The position numbers and the translations under genes are program-made. From Patescibacteria group bacterium (lineage in GTDB: Bacteria; Patescibacteriota; UBA1384; XYA2-FULL-43-10; 1-14-0-10-43-13): DNA of 64,000 nucleotides. The notes under the pieces were generated by a model, which was not told the DNA's origin, searched no databases, and saw only the letters and a program-made list of their open reading frames with translations. Shown here in pieces: positions 43,940 through 53,500 of this stretch. Position 1 is the first letter of the stretch; each line of letters begins with the position of its first letter. The stretch covers positions 43,901 to 107,900 of the forward strand of contig JBBTQI010000005.1 of the NCBI GenBank assembly GCA_038078835.1, in the 5' to 3' direction.

Positions 43940-45043
43940 TTAATAAACCATCATCTTAAAACTCTTGGTGTCTAGGGACCATCCCAATGCATCCTCGAGA
44001 CTAATATCGCCCCGAGAGACAAATTCAGCCAAAACCTTGTCCAGACTTATCATACCCTCTGAGGCAGATGTCTGGATGACATTGGGAATCTGGTAATTTT
44101 TGCCCTCGCGAATCAAGCTCTTGATCGCCGAGTTGGCCATCATAATCTCCGCCGCCAAGACCCGGCCGCCGCCGATTCGCGGAATAAGGCGCTGCGAGAC
44201 AACACCAAGCAGAACCGAGGCGAGCTGGCTTGAGATTTGCTGTTGGAGGTGGGGCGGAAAGACGGAGACAACACGATCGGCCGTCTGAGCCGCCGAATTG
44301 GTATGAGCCGTTGTAAAAACCAGGTGGCCGGTTTCAGCAATAGTTAAAACCGCCTCGATCGTCTCAAGATCGCGCATTTCACCGACAAGCACAACATCGG
44401 GATCTTCGCGCAAAGCGGCTCGAAGCGCTCGAGCAAAGGTGTTGGTGTCATTGCCGACTTCCCGCTGTGAGATAATACTCTTTTTGTGCTCAAAGACGTA
44501 CTCGATCGGATCCTCGATCGCAATAATATGTTTGCGTTGTTCCTGGTTGATCTTGTCAACAATGGCGGCGAGCGTCGTTGATTTACCCGAACCGGTCGGG
44601 CCGGCCACAACAACCAGGCCTTGGCTGTGTTCGGAGAATCGCTCCAGTATCGGCGGCAAACCCAGATCCCCGAAACCGCGAATTTCTTTAGGAATAAGAC
44701 GAAGCGAGGCGGACAAACTGCCCCGCTGGTAGTAGATATTTGCCCGGAAACGAATCTCTTTGTAGCCGAAGGAAAAATCAACCTCCTTCTTTTGCTTGAC
44801 GGTATTGAGCATCTCAGCTGTTGCAAAGGAAGAGATAATATCTAAAACTTTCTCGGCGGTTAAGACCGGCACGTCCGGAATATCGAGCAGTTTTCCATCA
44901 ATCCGAACCGCCACCGGCACACCGACATTAAAGTGAATGTCTGAGGCACCCTTCTCCAGGGCATAGTTAAGATAGCTGGCAATCTCGGACGCGGCTTTTT
45001 CACTCACATTCCCTCCTAGTTCCTTGTTTTTATCTTTCCCCAT
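43940..45043 (-). CDS. pilT: Twitching-motility ATPase PilT
   Basis: Walker A GPTGSGKST, Asp/His boxes. Confidence 0.85.
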   Translation of the reverse strand: MGKDKNKELGGNVSEKAASEIASYLNYALEKGASDIHFNVGVPVAVRIDGKLLDIPDVPVLTAEKVLDIISSFATAEMLNTVKQKKEVDFSFGYKEIRFRANIYYQRGSLSASLRLIPKEIRGFGDLGLPPILERFSEHSQGLVVVAGPTGSGKSTTLAAIVDKINQEQRKHIIAIEDPIEYVFEHKKSIISQREVGNDTNTFARALRAALREDPDVVLVGEMRDLETIEAVLTIAETGHLVFTTAHTNSAAQTADRVVSVFPPHLQQQISSQLASVLLGVVSQRLIPRIGGGRVLAAEIMMANSAIKSLIREGKNYQIPNVIQTSASEGMISLDKVLAEFVSRGDISLEDALGWSLDTKSFKMMVY

Positions 45044-45091
45044 TATAACACATTACCAATGTATCTCAGCCTCCGCACGTGTTCTTTGTGT

Positions 45092-47533
45092 TTATGTATT
45101 ATTCAATGTTGCCTGCAAAACCTCATCGATCGTGGTTAATCCCTGCAGGGCCTTTAATATTCCATCCTGGCGCATAGTAATCATCCCCGACCTGATTGCC
45201 GCCTCCTTTATTTCGTTGGCCGATCGCCGGGAAATGGCCAGCTCCTCAATCTCGGGGGTTATTCCCATAACTTCAAAAACCCCAACCCTCCCCCGAAAAC
45301 CCTGCGAACAATTCTCGCAACCCCGACCGTAGTAAAAGTGAATATCGCCGCTAAAGCGACTCCGGTCAGCATAATTCCGGGGCGGTATCTTTTGCAATTC
45401 GGCCGCAACCTCTTCCTTTAGCTTCTCCGGCACCTTCATCTCCTCTTTGCATTTAACGCAGATGCGCCGGACCAGACGCTGGGCAACAACAACATTAATC
45501 GATGAGGTAATCAGAAACGGCTCAACACCCATATTAATCAAACGCGGCAGGGTTCCGGCCGTGTCGTTGGTGTGCAAGGTTGTCAGTACCAGGTGGCCGG
45601 TTAGGGCGGCGTGCGTGGCCATTCCCGCCGTCTCGACATCTCTCACCTCTCCCACCATAATAACGTTTGGATCCTGGCGCAAAACGCTTCTTAAGCCCGT
45701 CGCAAAATTAAATCCGATCTCCGGCTTAACCTGACACTGGCTTACACCCGGCACTTCATATTCGACAGGATCCTCAAGCGTCACAATATTGATTCCGGGA
45801 ATGCTTAAGCGGCTAAGCAGAGCATAGAGAGTCGTCGACTTGCCGGAGCCGGTCGGGCCGGTGGCTAGAATAATCCCATAAGGCTGACCGATTGCCTGAA
45901 TGGTCAAATTAAAGGCGCTACCCTGCATACCCAAGTCTTCGAGCGAGAGAATAGTCTGGTCTTTGTCCAGTATCCTCAGCACAACCTTCTCGCCGTGAAT
46001 GGTCGGCAAGGTCGAAACCCGAACATCAACGTTTCTGCTCTTAAAGATCAGACCGAATCGTCCGTCTTGGGGGATTCGGGTTTCATCAATTTTGAGGCGC
46101 GACATAATTTTTATCCGGCTGATAATTGGAGGATGGAGCTTGAGTGGAACCTTAACGATGTCGCGCAAGATCCCGTCTACCCGGCAGCGTACGCGCAAGT
46201 GCTTGCTCCCCGGCTCAAGGTGAACATCGGATGCTTTATTAACGAGAGCATAATCAATCACCCCGGCCACAATCTTGGGTACATATGCCTCGCTTACGAT
46301 CTCTCCCAGGTCTTTATCGGTGGAGATCTCGCGGCCGTCCAGTAAAACATCCAGTTTGTTCTCCTCGAGTGCCTGCTGGTCGCGCTTTTCCTTAACAGAA
46401 ACCTCCTCTGCCGCCGCCGGAACCTTTAGTCGGTCCCCCTCCGCACCTGCCGGCAACTCTGCCGCTTGAATCGGCTCATTCTCAATCTTCACCTCTTTTT
46501 CTGTCTCCCCTCCGGGTGATTTGGCTGATTCTTCGGCCTTCGGCCTTTGGCCTTCGGCTATTTGCCTTTCCCCCTCCTTGGGTTCGCCCTCCTCAAAAGC
46601 ACGGAGTTGGGGCACCTCGTCAATGGTAATGGCGGGATCGTCTTTGGGCACAAAAAGAGACTCAAGAAAAGATGCGGACCATGCCTTATTTCCCCCCTCC
46701 CGGACCGGCTCCTCTTCAACCTGAGATTCCGTCTCCTCTTGGCTGCCCTGATCGTATTTTTTTAAGACGTAGTCAATATCCTCACGGGAAGTTGCAAAGA
46801 GTTCAATCGCAACCCCGTTTTCCTTAACAATATAATCAATAATCTTTTTGGTCAAAACAGAATCAGGCTCCTCGCAGGCAATCATTAAGCCGCCCGTCTG
46901 TTTTTCAGCAAAGACCACCAGACGATATTTGGCAATAAAATCCTTGGGCATCTTGTGCAAAAGATGAACGGAAATATTTTGGTTGCGCAAATAAACAACC
47001 GGCAGACTTCCCCTCTTCATCAGCAAAGCGCTTTTGTTTTGGCTGCCGTATTGTTTTAGGGCGCTGATAAAATCATTTTCGCCGGTAATATACAATTCAA
47101 CCGTCAATTCCCTTTTTTCCAACAAATTAGCCAAGCCCACGGCATATTGAGCCAAAAGATCCGCCGGACGAGCAACGGCAAGCCTTAAAATGTTGTCATT
47201 TAGACCAAAGGGCACAACACCGTATTTTCGGGCAAATTTTTCCGGTACTGCCGCCAAAGCCTCCTTGGAGATCTCAAAATTTTGCAGGGAGACAAAGGGG
47301 AGTTTTAAGAGAATGCCGTAAGCTTTATTTATGGTGTCGCGAGTAACCAGGCGGTTTTTGGTTAAAAAGTTTTCAATCTCGCGATTAGTCCGAAAGTGTT
47401 TTTTAAGTTTGTCGGCATCGCTTAGATCCAAGGTATTCTGCACGACAAAAACATCCAGGATCGATTGACCGGAGGCATTGTAACCGTTAAGCAACCGAAG
47501 GGCGTTTTGCGGCTTTTGGGTAATTTGAGACAT
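45092..47533 (-). CDS. pilB: Type IV pilus assembly ATPase PilB/GspE with long acidic N-terminal region
   Basis: GPTGSGKST Walker A, C4 zinc motif, GspE core. Confidence 0.85.
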   Translation of the reverse strand: MSQITQKPQNALRLLNGYNASGQSILDVFVVQNTLDLSDADKLKKHFRTNREIENFLTKNRLVTRDTINKAYGILLKLPFVSLQNFEISKEALAAVPEKFARKYGVVPFGLNDNILRLAVARPADLLAQYAVGLANLLEKRELTVELYITGENDFISALKQYGSQNKSALLMKRGSLPVVYLRNQNISVHLLHKMPKDFIAKYRLVVFAEKQTGGLMIACEEPDSVLTKKIIDYIVKENGVAIELFATSREDIDYVLKKYDQGSQEETESQVEEEPVREGGNKAWSASFLESLFVPKDDPAITIDEVPQLRAFEEGEPKEGERQIAEGQRPKAEESAKSPGGETEKEVKIENEPIQAAELPAGAEGDRLKVPAAAEEVSVKEKRDQQALEENKLDVLLDGREISTDKDLGEIVSEAYVPKIVAGVIDYALVNKASDVHLEPGSKHLRVRCRVDGILRDIVKVPLKLHPPIISRIKIMSRLKIDETRIPQDGRFGLIFKSRNVDVRVSTLPTIHGEKVVLRILDKDQTILSLEDLGMQGSAFNLTIQAIGQPYGIILATGPTGSGKSTTLYALLSRLSIPGINIVTLEDPVEYEVPGVSQCQVKPEIGFNFATGLRSVLRQDPNVIMVGEVRDVETAGMATHAALTGHLVLTTLHTNDTAGTLPRLINMGVEPFLITSSINVVVAQRLVRRICVKCKEEMKVPEKLKEEVAAELQKIPPRNYADRSRFSGDIHFYYGRGCENCSQGFRGRVGVFEVMGITPEIEELAISRRSANEIKEAAIRSGMITMRQDGILKALQGLTTIDEVLQATLNNT

Positions 47534-47656
47534 CGTGTTTCTAAAATCAAAACACTAACCGAGTAATAATCAATGAAAGAGATGAGGTATAAACAATAAC
47601 CAAACAGTTTGGTAATTGCCGCTTAGTGATTGGTTATTGTTTTTTGATTATTGGAT

Positions 47657-47917
47657 TTAGGGTTGTTCAAACGGATTTTCGCGCCCCATTTTATTGATCG
47701 GCACCGCCAGCGGCAAATTGCTGAGATTCTCCCGGCCGTCCAAGAGCCCCTTGGCCTTAATCTTTATCGTTTCGATCTCCACCGGCTGAAGATCAAGCGA
47801 AACGGCATAACTCTCCAGCGAGGCCCGAGAAAGCGTCCAGAGCCAGAAAAAAACCGCCAATGTACCGGCCAGAATAATCATTCCGCCAAACAAACCCAAA
47901 GTTCTGATCATATTCAT
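47657..47917 (-). CDS. Small single-TM protein of the pilus operon
   Basis: 86-aa ORF in pilus cluster. Confidence 0.4.
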   Translation of the reverse strand: MNMIRTLGLFGGMIILAGTLAVFFWLWTLSRASLESYAVSLDLQPVEIETIKIKAKGLLDGRENLSNLPLAVPINKMGRENPFEQP

Positions 47918-47923
47918 CTCCCG

Positions 47924-48505
47924 CTAAACTCCCCCCTCGGAAACGCCGCTAGCAGAGACACTCGGCGATACGCCAGCCCGGCGATATGCTTCGATCTGAA
48001 GCGACAAGGATAAGCCGTTGTCGCCCTCAGACAGGCTCAGGGATTTAATATTCATAAAGCGAATACTTTTCTCAAGAGAGGTAATAAATTGATTCAGCTC
48101 CGTAAAACTACCCTTAACACTAAATGAAATCTGAATTGCTCCGGGCGTTGCCGCTGCGGTACTGCTTGAAGCGGCAGTGTTGTCGCTAATTTGAATTGAG
48201 GGAATGTAGGTATTATGCTTGGCCGCGATTGCCTCCAGCTCAACTATTAAATCCTCCTTGCCGGTGCCTTCGGGAACCGCCACCAGCATTTGATCAACGA
48301 TCGCGCCCAGGTCGCTCATGCTTTGCTTGGCTGTCTTGAGCGACTCCAGCTTTGCCCGGGCTGACTCTATCTCGCTTTTGGCTAAATAGTAGTCGCGCCG
48401 GTTCTGCTTATACCCGGGAATAATTAAACTAAAGGAGAGATAAAAACAGACACCAACGGCAAAGATAGTCAAAGCCAGAAAAGACGTCTTGTTGTCCCGC
48501 CTCAT
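47924..48505 (-). CDS. PilO-like pilus assembly protein (by topology and context)
   Basis: N-terminal TM then coiled-coil and periplasmic domain. Confidence 0.5.
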   Translation of the reverse strand: MRRDNKTSFLALTIFAVGVCFYLSFSLIIPGYKQNRRDYYLAKSEIESARAKLESLKTAKQSMSDLGAIVDQMLVAVPEGTGKEDLIVELEAIAAKHNTYIPSIQISDNTAASSSTAAATPGAIQISFSVKGSFTELNQFITSLEKSIRFMNIKSLSLSEGDNGLSLSLQIEAYRRAGVSPSVSASGVSEGGV

Positions 48506-49107
48506 TGGACCCCCTTTGTTGTGCTGGAAACAGCCTCCGGTGAGACCGATTTATCAATTTTAGCCGTAATTGAAAAGCTGGCCGTGGCCTTACCCTCGGT
48601 ACTAAGAGAGACGGCTGAGGTGCCAATGTCAACATCCTTGAGCGCCGACCAGCTCTTTAGCGCCAGGGAGAGATCGGCAATCGAGCGATAGGATGAGGTC
48701 TTGCCGTCAATCGCCAGGGTGCCATCGGATTTCATAGAAATAGCACTAACCTCAACATCCGATGTTACCCGCTTGTAAAGTTGAGTCAAAAAGGTTGAGG
48801 CGGGATAACTTTTCGTTTTGGCCTCGGAGAGTTTCTCCACCGCGGCCTTAAAACCGGCCGCCTTCTCCTCGACATCGGCATAAGTGGGACTGGCTATCTC
48901 GGAGATAATTTCGTTTCGCTCCTGTTGCTTCTCGGCCAATGTGCCGGCCAGATTGCGGCTGGCGAGCCAAAAATACGCTGTCGCGCCGATAGCGGCAAAA
49001 ATTGCCAGCCAACAAAAAAGAACACCGAAATCAAACCCCGGTCGCTCACCAAAAGTAACCAGATCGTCCTTACCCTTTGCCGCCTTGGTCGGCGAAGCAA
49101 ACTCCAT
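48502..49107 (-). CDS. PilN-like pilus assembly protein (by topology and context)
   Basis: N-terminal TM then coiled-coil; 4-nt overlap with downstream gene. Confidence 0.5.
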   Translation of the reverse strand: MEFASPTKAAKGKDDLVTFGERPGFDFGVLFCWLAIFAAIGATAYFWLASRNLAGTLAEKQQERNEIISEIASPTYADVEEKAAGFKAAVEKLSEAKTKSYPASTFLTQLYKRVTSDVEVSAISMKSDGTLAIDGKTSSYRSIADLSLALKSWSALKDVDIGTSAVSLSTEGKATASFSITAKIDKSVSPEAVSSTTKGVQ

Positions 49108-49212
49108 AAACCCTCCTAGACTCTAACCCAATGCAACGATACTATCAATATAATAAACCCTATCCGGCAACCGGTCAATGCTTTAGAGGAATTGTGCGAC
49201 ATTGGTGTTGTC

Positions 49213-50493
49213 TTAGAAACGCTTGGTTGCCCCCAAGAATAGCCCGGAGATTGTAAATTTGGGAGGTTTGCCGCTTCGCATTGACCTACCGTCCGGCGAG
49301 ACGGCAAACTGAAAGAAAACATGGGTACCCTCGCCGCCCTTTTTTAAATAAATCCTCGGCAACAGTAGAGTTTCATTTCCCGTATAGACCTTCATATTAT
49401 TCAAACAAGCGAATGCCTCCATCGCCAGATGAGCGCCGGTAATAAGGCGGCGAGTTGCGGCGCTCATATTGCCGCCCTCAACTTCTTCATTGAGAAGGTT
49501 GAAGATGTCTTTTGTGCCCTTAGTGTGTACTCGTTCTAGAACAGAAAACTCCTGGTCCGTTATTAAGCCTTTATCCTTCATCCTTTGCAACACTGCAATA
49601 TAAGGATTTAGTCCCTCGCGCCCTCGACCCTGATTGATGGCGAATTCGGTTGTAGCATAATCAACATTAGTAAAAAAGAAATCAAGCGCTTCTATAACGC
49701 TATCAAAATTGGTGTCTTTAACTTTGATCGCCATTTCTTCTTCCAGGGTGTTTGTGACATAGTCTTCAAGCTGGCGATATGCCCTGCTGGTTTCACCGGT
49801 TTTATTGGCATCAGCCAAGGTGTCAAGTATTACTTTCTGAAAGTTTTGATTAAATTCCTGATCTGGATTTCGGCCCGAATCCCGATTGTCTCGATTAAAT
49901 TGCTCGATAGTTTCCCTGACATATTGTTGGTATTCGGCCATTCTTGCGGCGGCAGTGGAGATGGTAGCGCTTTGCGTTTCAGGGCTGTTGATGGTTTCTG
50001 CAACCTCCCTTTCAAGAGTAGGCGCTATTGTTTCAATTGCGGTTGGATCCGGCGCGTCTTTGGCGAGTGTTTGTATTTGCTGTTCCGTTTTTTTGATTGC
50101 GCGCTCGGTGTGTCCCGGTGTTCCGATCTCAGTTAAATTTTCCTCTGTTTCATATAGATAATCGGCTAGCTTGTCATCAAGTGATTCAAGGGGGCAATCT
50201 GTTTTAGTGCAGCGGACACCGTTTACAGTCACTTCCTCGCTTTTGGCCCCGGTGAATCTTTCTGCGAGACTGGCTGTTGCTCTTGCTACTGCCGCTTCTG
50301 TGGCGACGTGTTCGTTTTCTGCTTTTACTCCAGAGACCGAGAGACTGAGTAGGAAGGGAACAAGAACCCTGACAAAGCGATTATTTTTATTATCCCTTAA
50401 CCACTGCATAAAACGGTTATTTCCGCTATCTCCTTCTCTGTTTTCTGTTTGCGATACAGGGCTGTCAATAGTGCTTGGACCAAATTCACTCAT
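49213..50493 (-). CDS. Hypothetical secreted protein (signal peptide at the internal Met, about 398 aa mature)
   Basis: ORF between the giant protease and pilN-like gene; RFVRVLVPFLLSLSVSG signal-like segment. Confidence 0.5.
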   Translation of the reverse strand: MSEFGPSTIDSPVSQTENREGDSGNNRFMQWLRDNKNNRFVRVLVPFLLSLSVSGVKAENEHVATEAAVARATASLAERFTGAKSEEVTVNGVRCTKTDCPLESLDDKLADYLYETEENLTEIGTPGHTERAIKKTEQQIQTLAKDAPDPTAIETIAPTLEREVAETINSPETQSATISTAAARMAEYQQYVRETIEQFNRDNRDSGRNPDQEFNQNFQKVILDTLADANKTGETSRAYRQLEDYVTNTLEEEMAIKVKDTNFDSVIEALDFFFTNVDYATTEFAINQGRGREGLNPYIAVLQRMKDKGLITDQEFSVLERVHTKGTKDIFNLLNEEVEGGNMSAATRRLITGAHLAMEAFACLNNMKVYTGNETLLLPRIYLKKGGEGTHVFFQFAVSPDGRSMRSGKPPKFTISGLFLGATKRF

Positions 50494-50541
50494 ATTTCCT
50501 CCATCCTTAATTTATTCTTTTGTTTAAATAAAAGGTATCAC

Positions 50542-53500
50542 CTATTTTTCCTTCGTCAGCGGAATATTTAAATACCTAAATCCCGGCGGCCAAAATTGGC
50601 TCAGCATATAATCATAAACGAAGCGGACATTGTTTATGCCGGCGATATCAAACTTATTGGCGACAAAAGAACCGCGAAACTCGACGTTGCCGGGATCATC
50701 AACAATGATATCGTCTTGGCAAAAGAGAGATGCTTCAATGGCGTTATTGCCGCCAAAATAACAATCTCCTGCTTCAAGGCTAACTATCATGATCGTGCTA
50801 ACTACAACTGAATCCTCAACCGTGCCGGCGGCGGAATTGCAACGTAAAACAAAACGCGTGTTGGTATTAACGGTTGTTGAATATATCCCGGTCAAATTCG
50901 TCGAAGAAATCAATTGCGCCCGCCAACCTGAATCACCGCTTAGAGGAGTACAGGTTGTAACGGAGGTTAAGTTCCAGGAAATGTTCACTGCCGATCCCCG
51001 CTCCACTGTAATTTGATTATCCTGACCATTAGCCAGGAGGCTCACCGCCGCCGGAGGCGGGGGCGGCAACGTGCTGGTTAACACAAAATCATCAGATGCA
51101 CTATTGTTGGCCTTGTCGACAGCTGCTAGTCTCAGTGTATATCTCCCAGGGCCATCGGTTTGAACTGCCGTGACCGGAGAGTTCGGCTGGCCGAATGACA
51201 CATTCCCCGGCCCCGACACTTTCGACCACGAGTAGCTGGCGATACCAGACCCCGGCGCCGGATCAGTAGCACTCCCCTCTTGGGTAAAAGCACCGCTTAC
51301 GCTTTTATCTGCGCCAGCACTTACCACCGGAGCAACACTATCATAAAAAAGGGTAAGCTGACTGGAGGCAATATTGCCATTTCCTTCGCTATCATTTGCA
51401 GTATTAGCTAAAATATTCACCGAAACATTACCTTGATTTATCGGATATACAAAGAAAGAATATTCTTTGTTGTCGGCGGTTGTCAAACCGGATACCGTTC
51501 CATTAACAACCTGAATATCAGACAACTCAAACCCCGAGACGGCCCGATCAAAAACCGCTGTTACCGGAATCGGAACATCTCTATTGAACTCCCGTGAAAC
51601 AGACAGTGTCACCGAGGGATTGGTCTTTACCGGCACCTCAAAAGTATATTCCAGCAAATTGCCGCTCTCGTCAAAACCGCCGATTCTAAATGTGATAATA
51701 TCATTTGTCGTTAAGCCTACCGGTATTTCAGCCTTATACCCCCCAAGATCTGCCAGCACAAGAGCCATGTCATTAAAATTGGTTCCGTCAGTCGAGTAAG
51801 CGGAATTAACATTGGCAACAGCTTTATACTCACCTAATCCGCCATCGTCCAGCTCGAATTCAAGAGAGTTGCTCTTTTGGGGGTAGTAAAATTCGCTATA
51901 TTTCCCCGCCGTAAAGAAATTAAGCCGAGCTATACTGGGAGGATTCGGATCAGTTTTCCCTGAATCAAATTTGGCATAAACCTTGGCATGAAACTCTTTC
52001 CCGTCGACGTGACTAATCAAAGAATCATGATAGAACTCATAAACTGAACCGGGAATATTAGAAAACTGGGAAAACTCCTCGATGATTTTTGGATAATCAC
52101 CAATCATAAATCCTGACAAATTCTTATTAACAACTTCAGTGCCCTCTTTAACCAACCTAATTTTTGAAGCATCAGAATCAGTAACCGAATAATCCTGACC
52201 AATAAAATAACTACTATCAGCCGGCCAATATGTCCAAACATTTAAACGGTAAAAGTTATCAACAAACATTCCGTTCCAGTGCTTTGGTGTAAAGCCGCTT
52301 TGAAACCTGCCACCAACTAGGGTACGGATGCGACTTTCATCTGCAAAATAATATGAAGTGATTTTGTTACTAGATGGATTAAACTGGTATGAATGCTGAA
52401 CAGGCATACCACGATCTTTCGATAGAATACTATGTTGGCCCACCATATCCTCAAAAGGAAGCGCGTATATTCTTACAGTATTCCAAACCCTGGATGATTT
52501 CCTGGAAATAAAAGCTGTAAACGCACTCCCTCCACCCAGTGGGGCATAAATAACTGACAACACAGAATTTAGTATATCTGTAGGATACTTGCTCTGATAA
52601 TAATCAGTATTTCTAACATCTATTTCCCTTGTAATAAAATCACTCGGTTCATTTTTAATAAGAATATCATCATTAATGCCGTTAAAAGACAGGGAAAATA
52701 AGTGGGCAACTTGTGTCGGCTGAGGTTCTCGAACGCTAACCAATCCAAATGAATAATCAGAACTCATGTCGCTAAAATAAAAATCATTAAAAAAGGAATC
52801 GTTGGGCTCGTTCCAACTCCAAGTCCCGTACAATCTTATCCCCCTTCCATGAGGGCGATAAAATGCCCCCATGGAATAACTGCCCAGATCGTTTATCCTA
52901 TTTCCGTTTATATCTTTGAACTCTTTTTTTACCTTATGATTAGCCGAATTAAAGTCAACCGTAAACTCGATACTTCCATCACCATCATTCTGCTTAAGTG
53001 ATTCATTAAAGATAAAATAGGTAGACGATCCAACAAAGTTAGGGTCATAATGCAACACCGATACCCTTGTTATCACATCATAAGGACCGCTTCCGTCTGT
53101 AAAAATATCGTTATCTCCCTCGGTTACAAATTTTTCAACTATATCATTTGCCCAGTCGTTCTGCTGGTTGCTTCTATCATAAAAAAAGGATTCTGCTCTA
53201 ACAACGAGTTGGTTACTGCTAGCGGGCAGATTGATCATTTTGGCCACAGCTTTAAAGTATTTGGTAAATTTAACGTGAATTTTATAGTCGCCGGCAATCA
53301 TAATACCCTTGTATTGGCCGTTTGCCAGATTCCCGTTGGCAACCGAGATTGCAACCGGAACCTCTCTGGTTTCAGACGGTAAGAGTGTTACAGCGCTCGC
53401 CGCTTCTCCAGTAATCGCTACAGCAGAAGGAAACTGAGAAAGAGAAAAGGGCACTTCTTTGCTAATATCTGTCCTAAAATTTTTTAGAGTAAAATTCCTG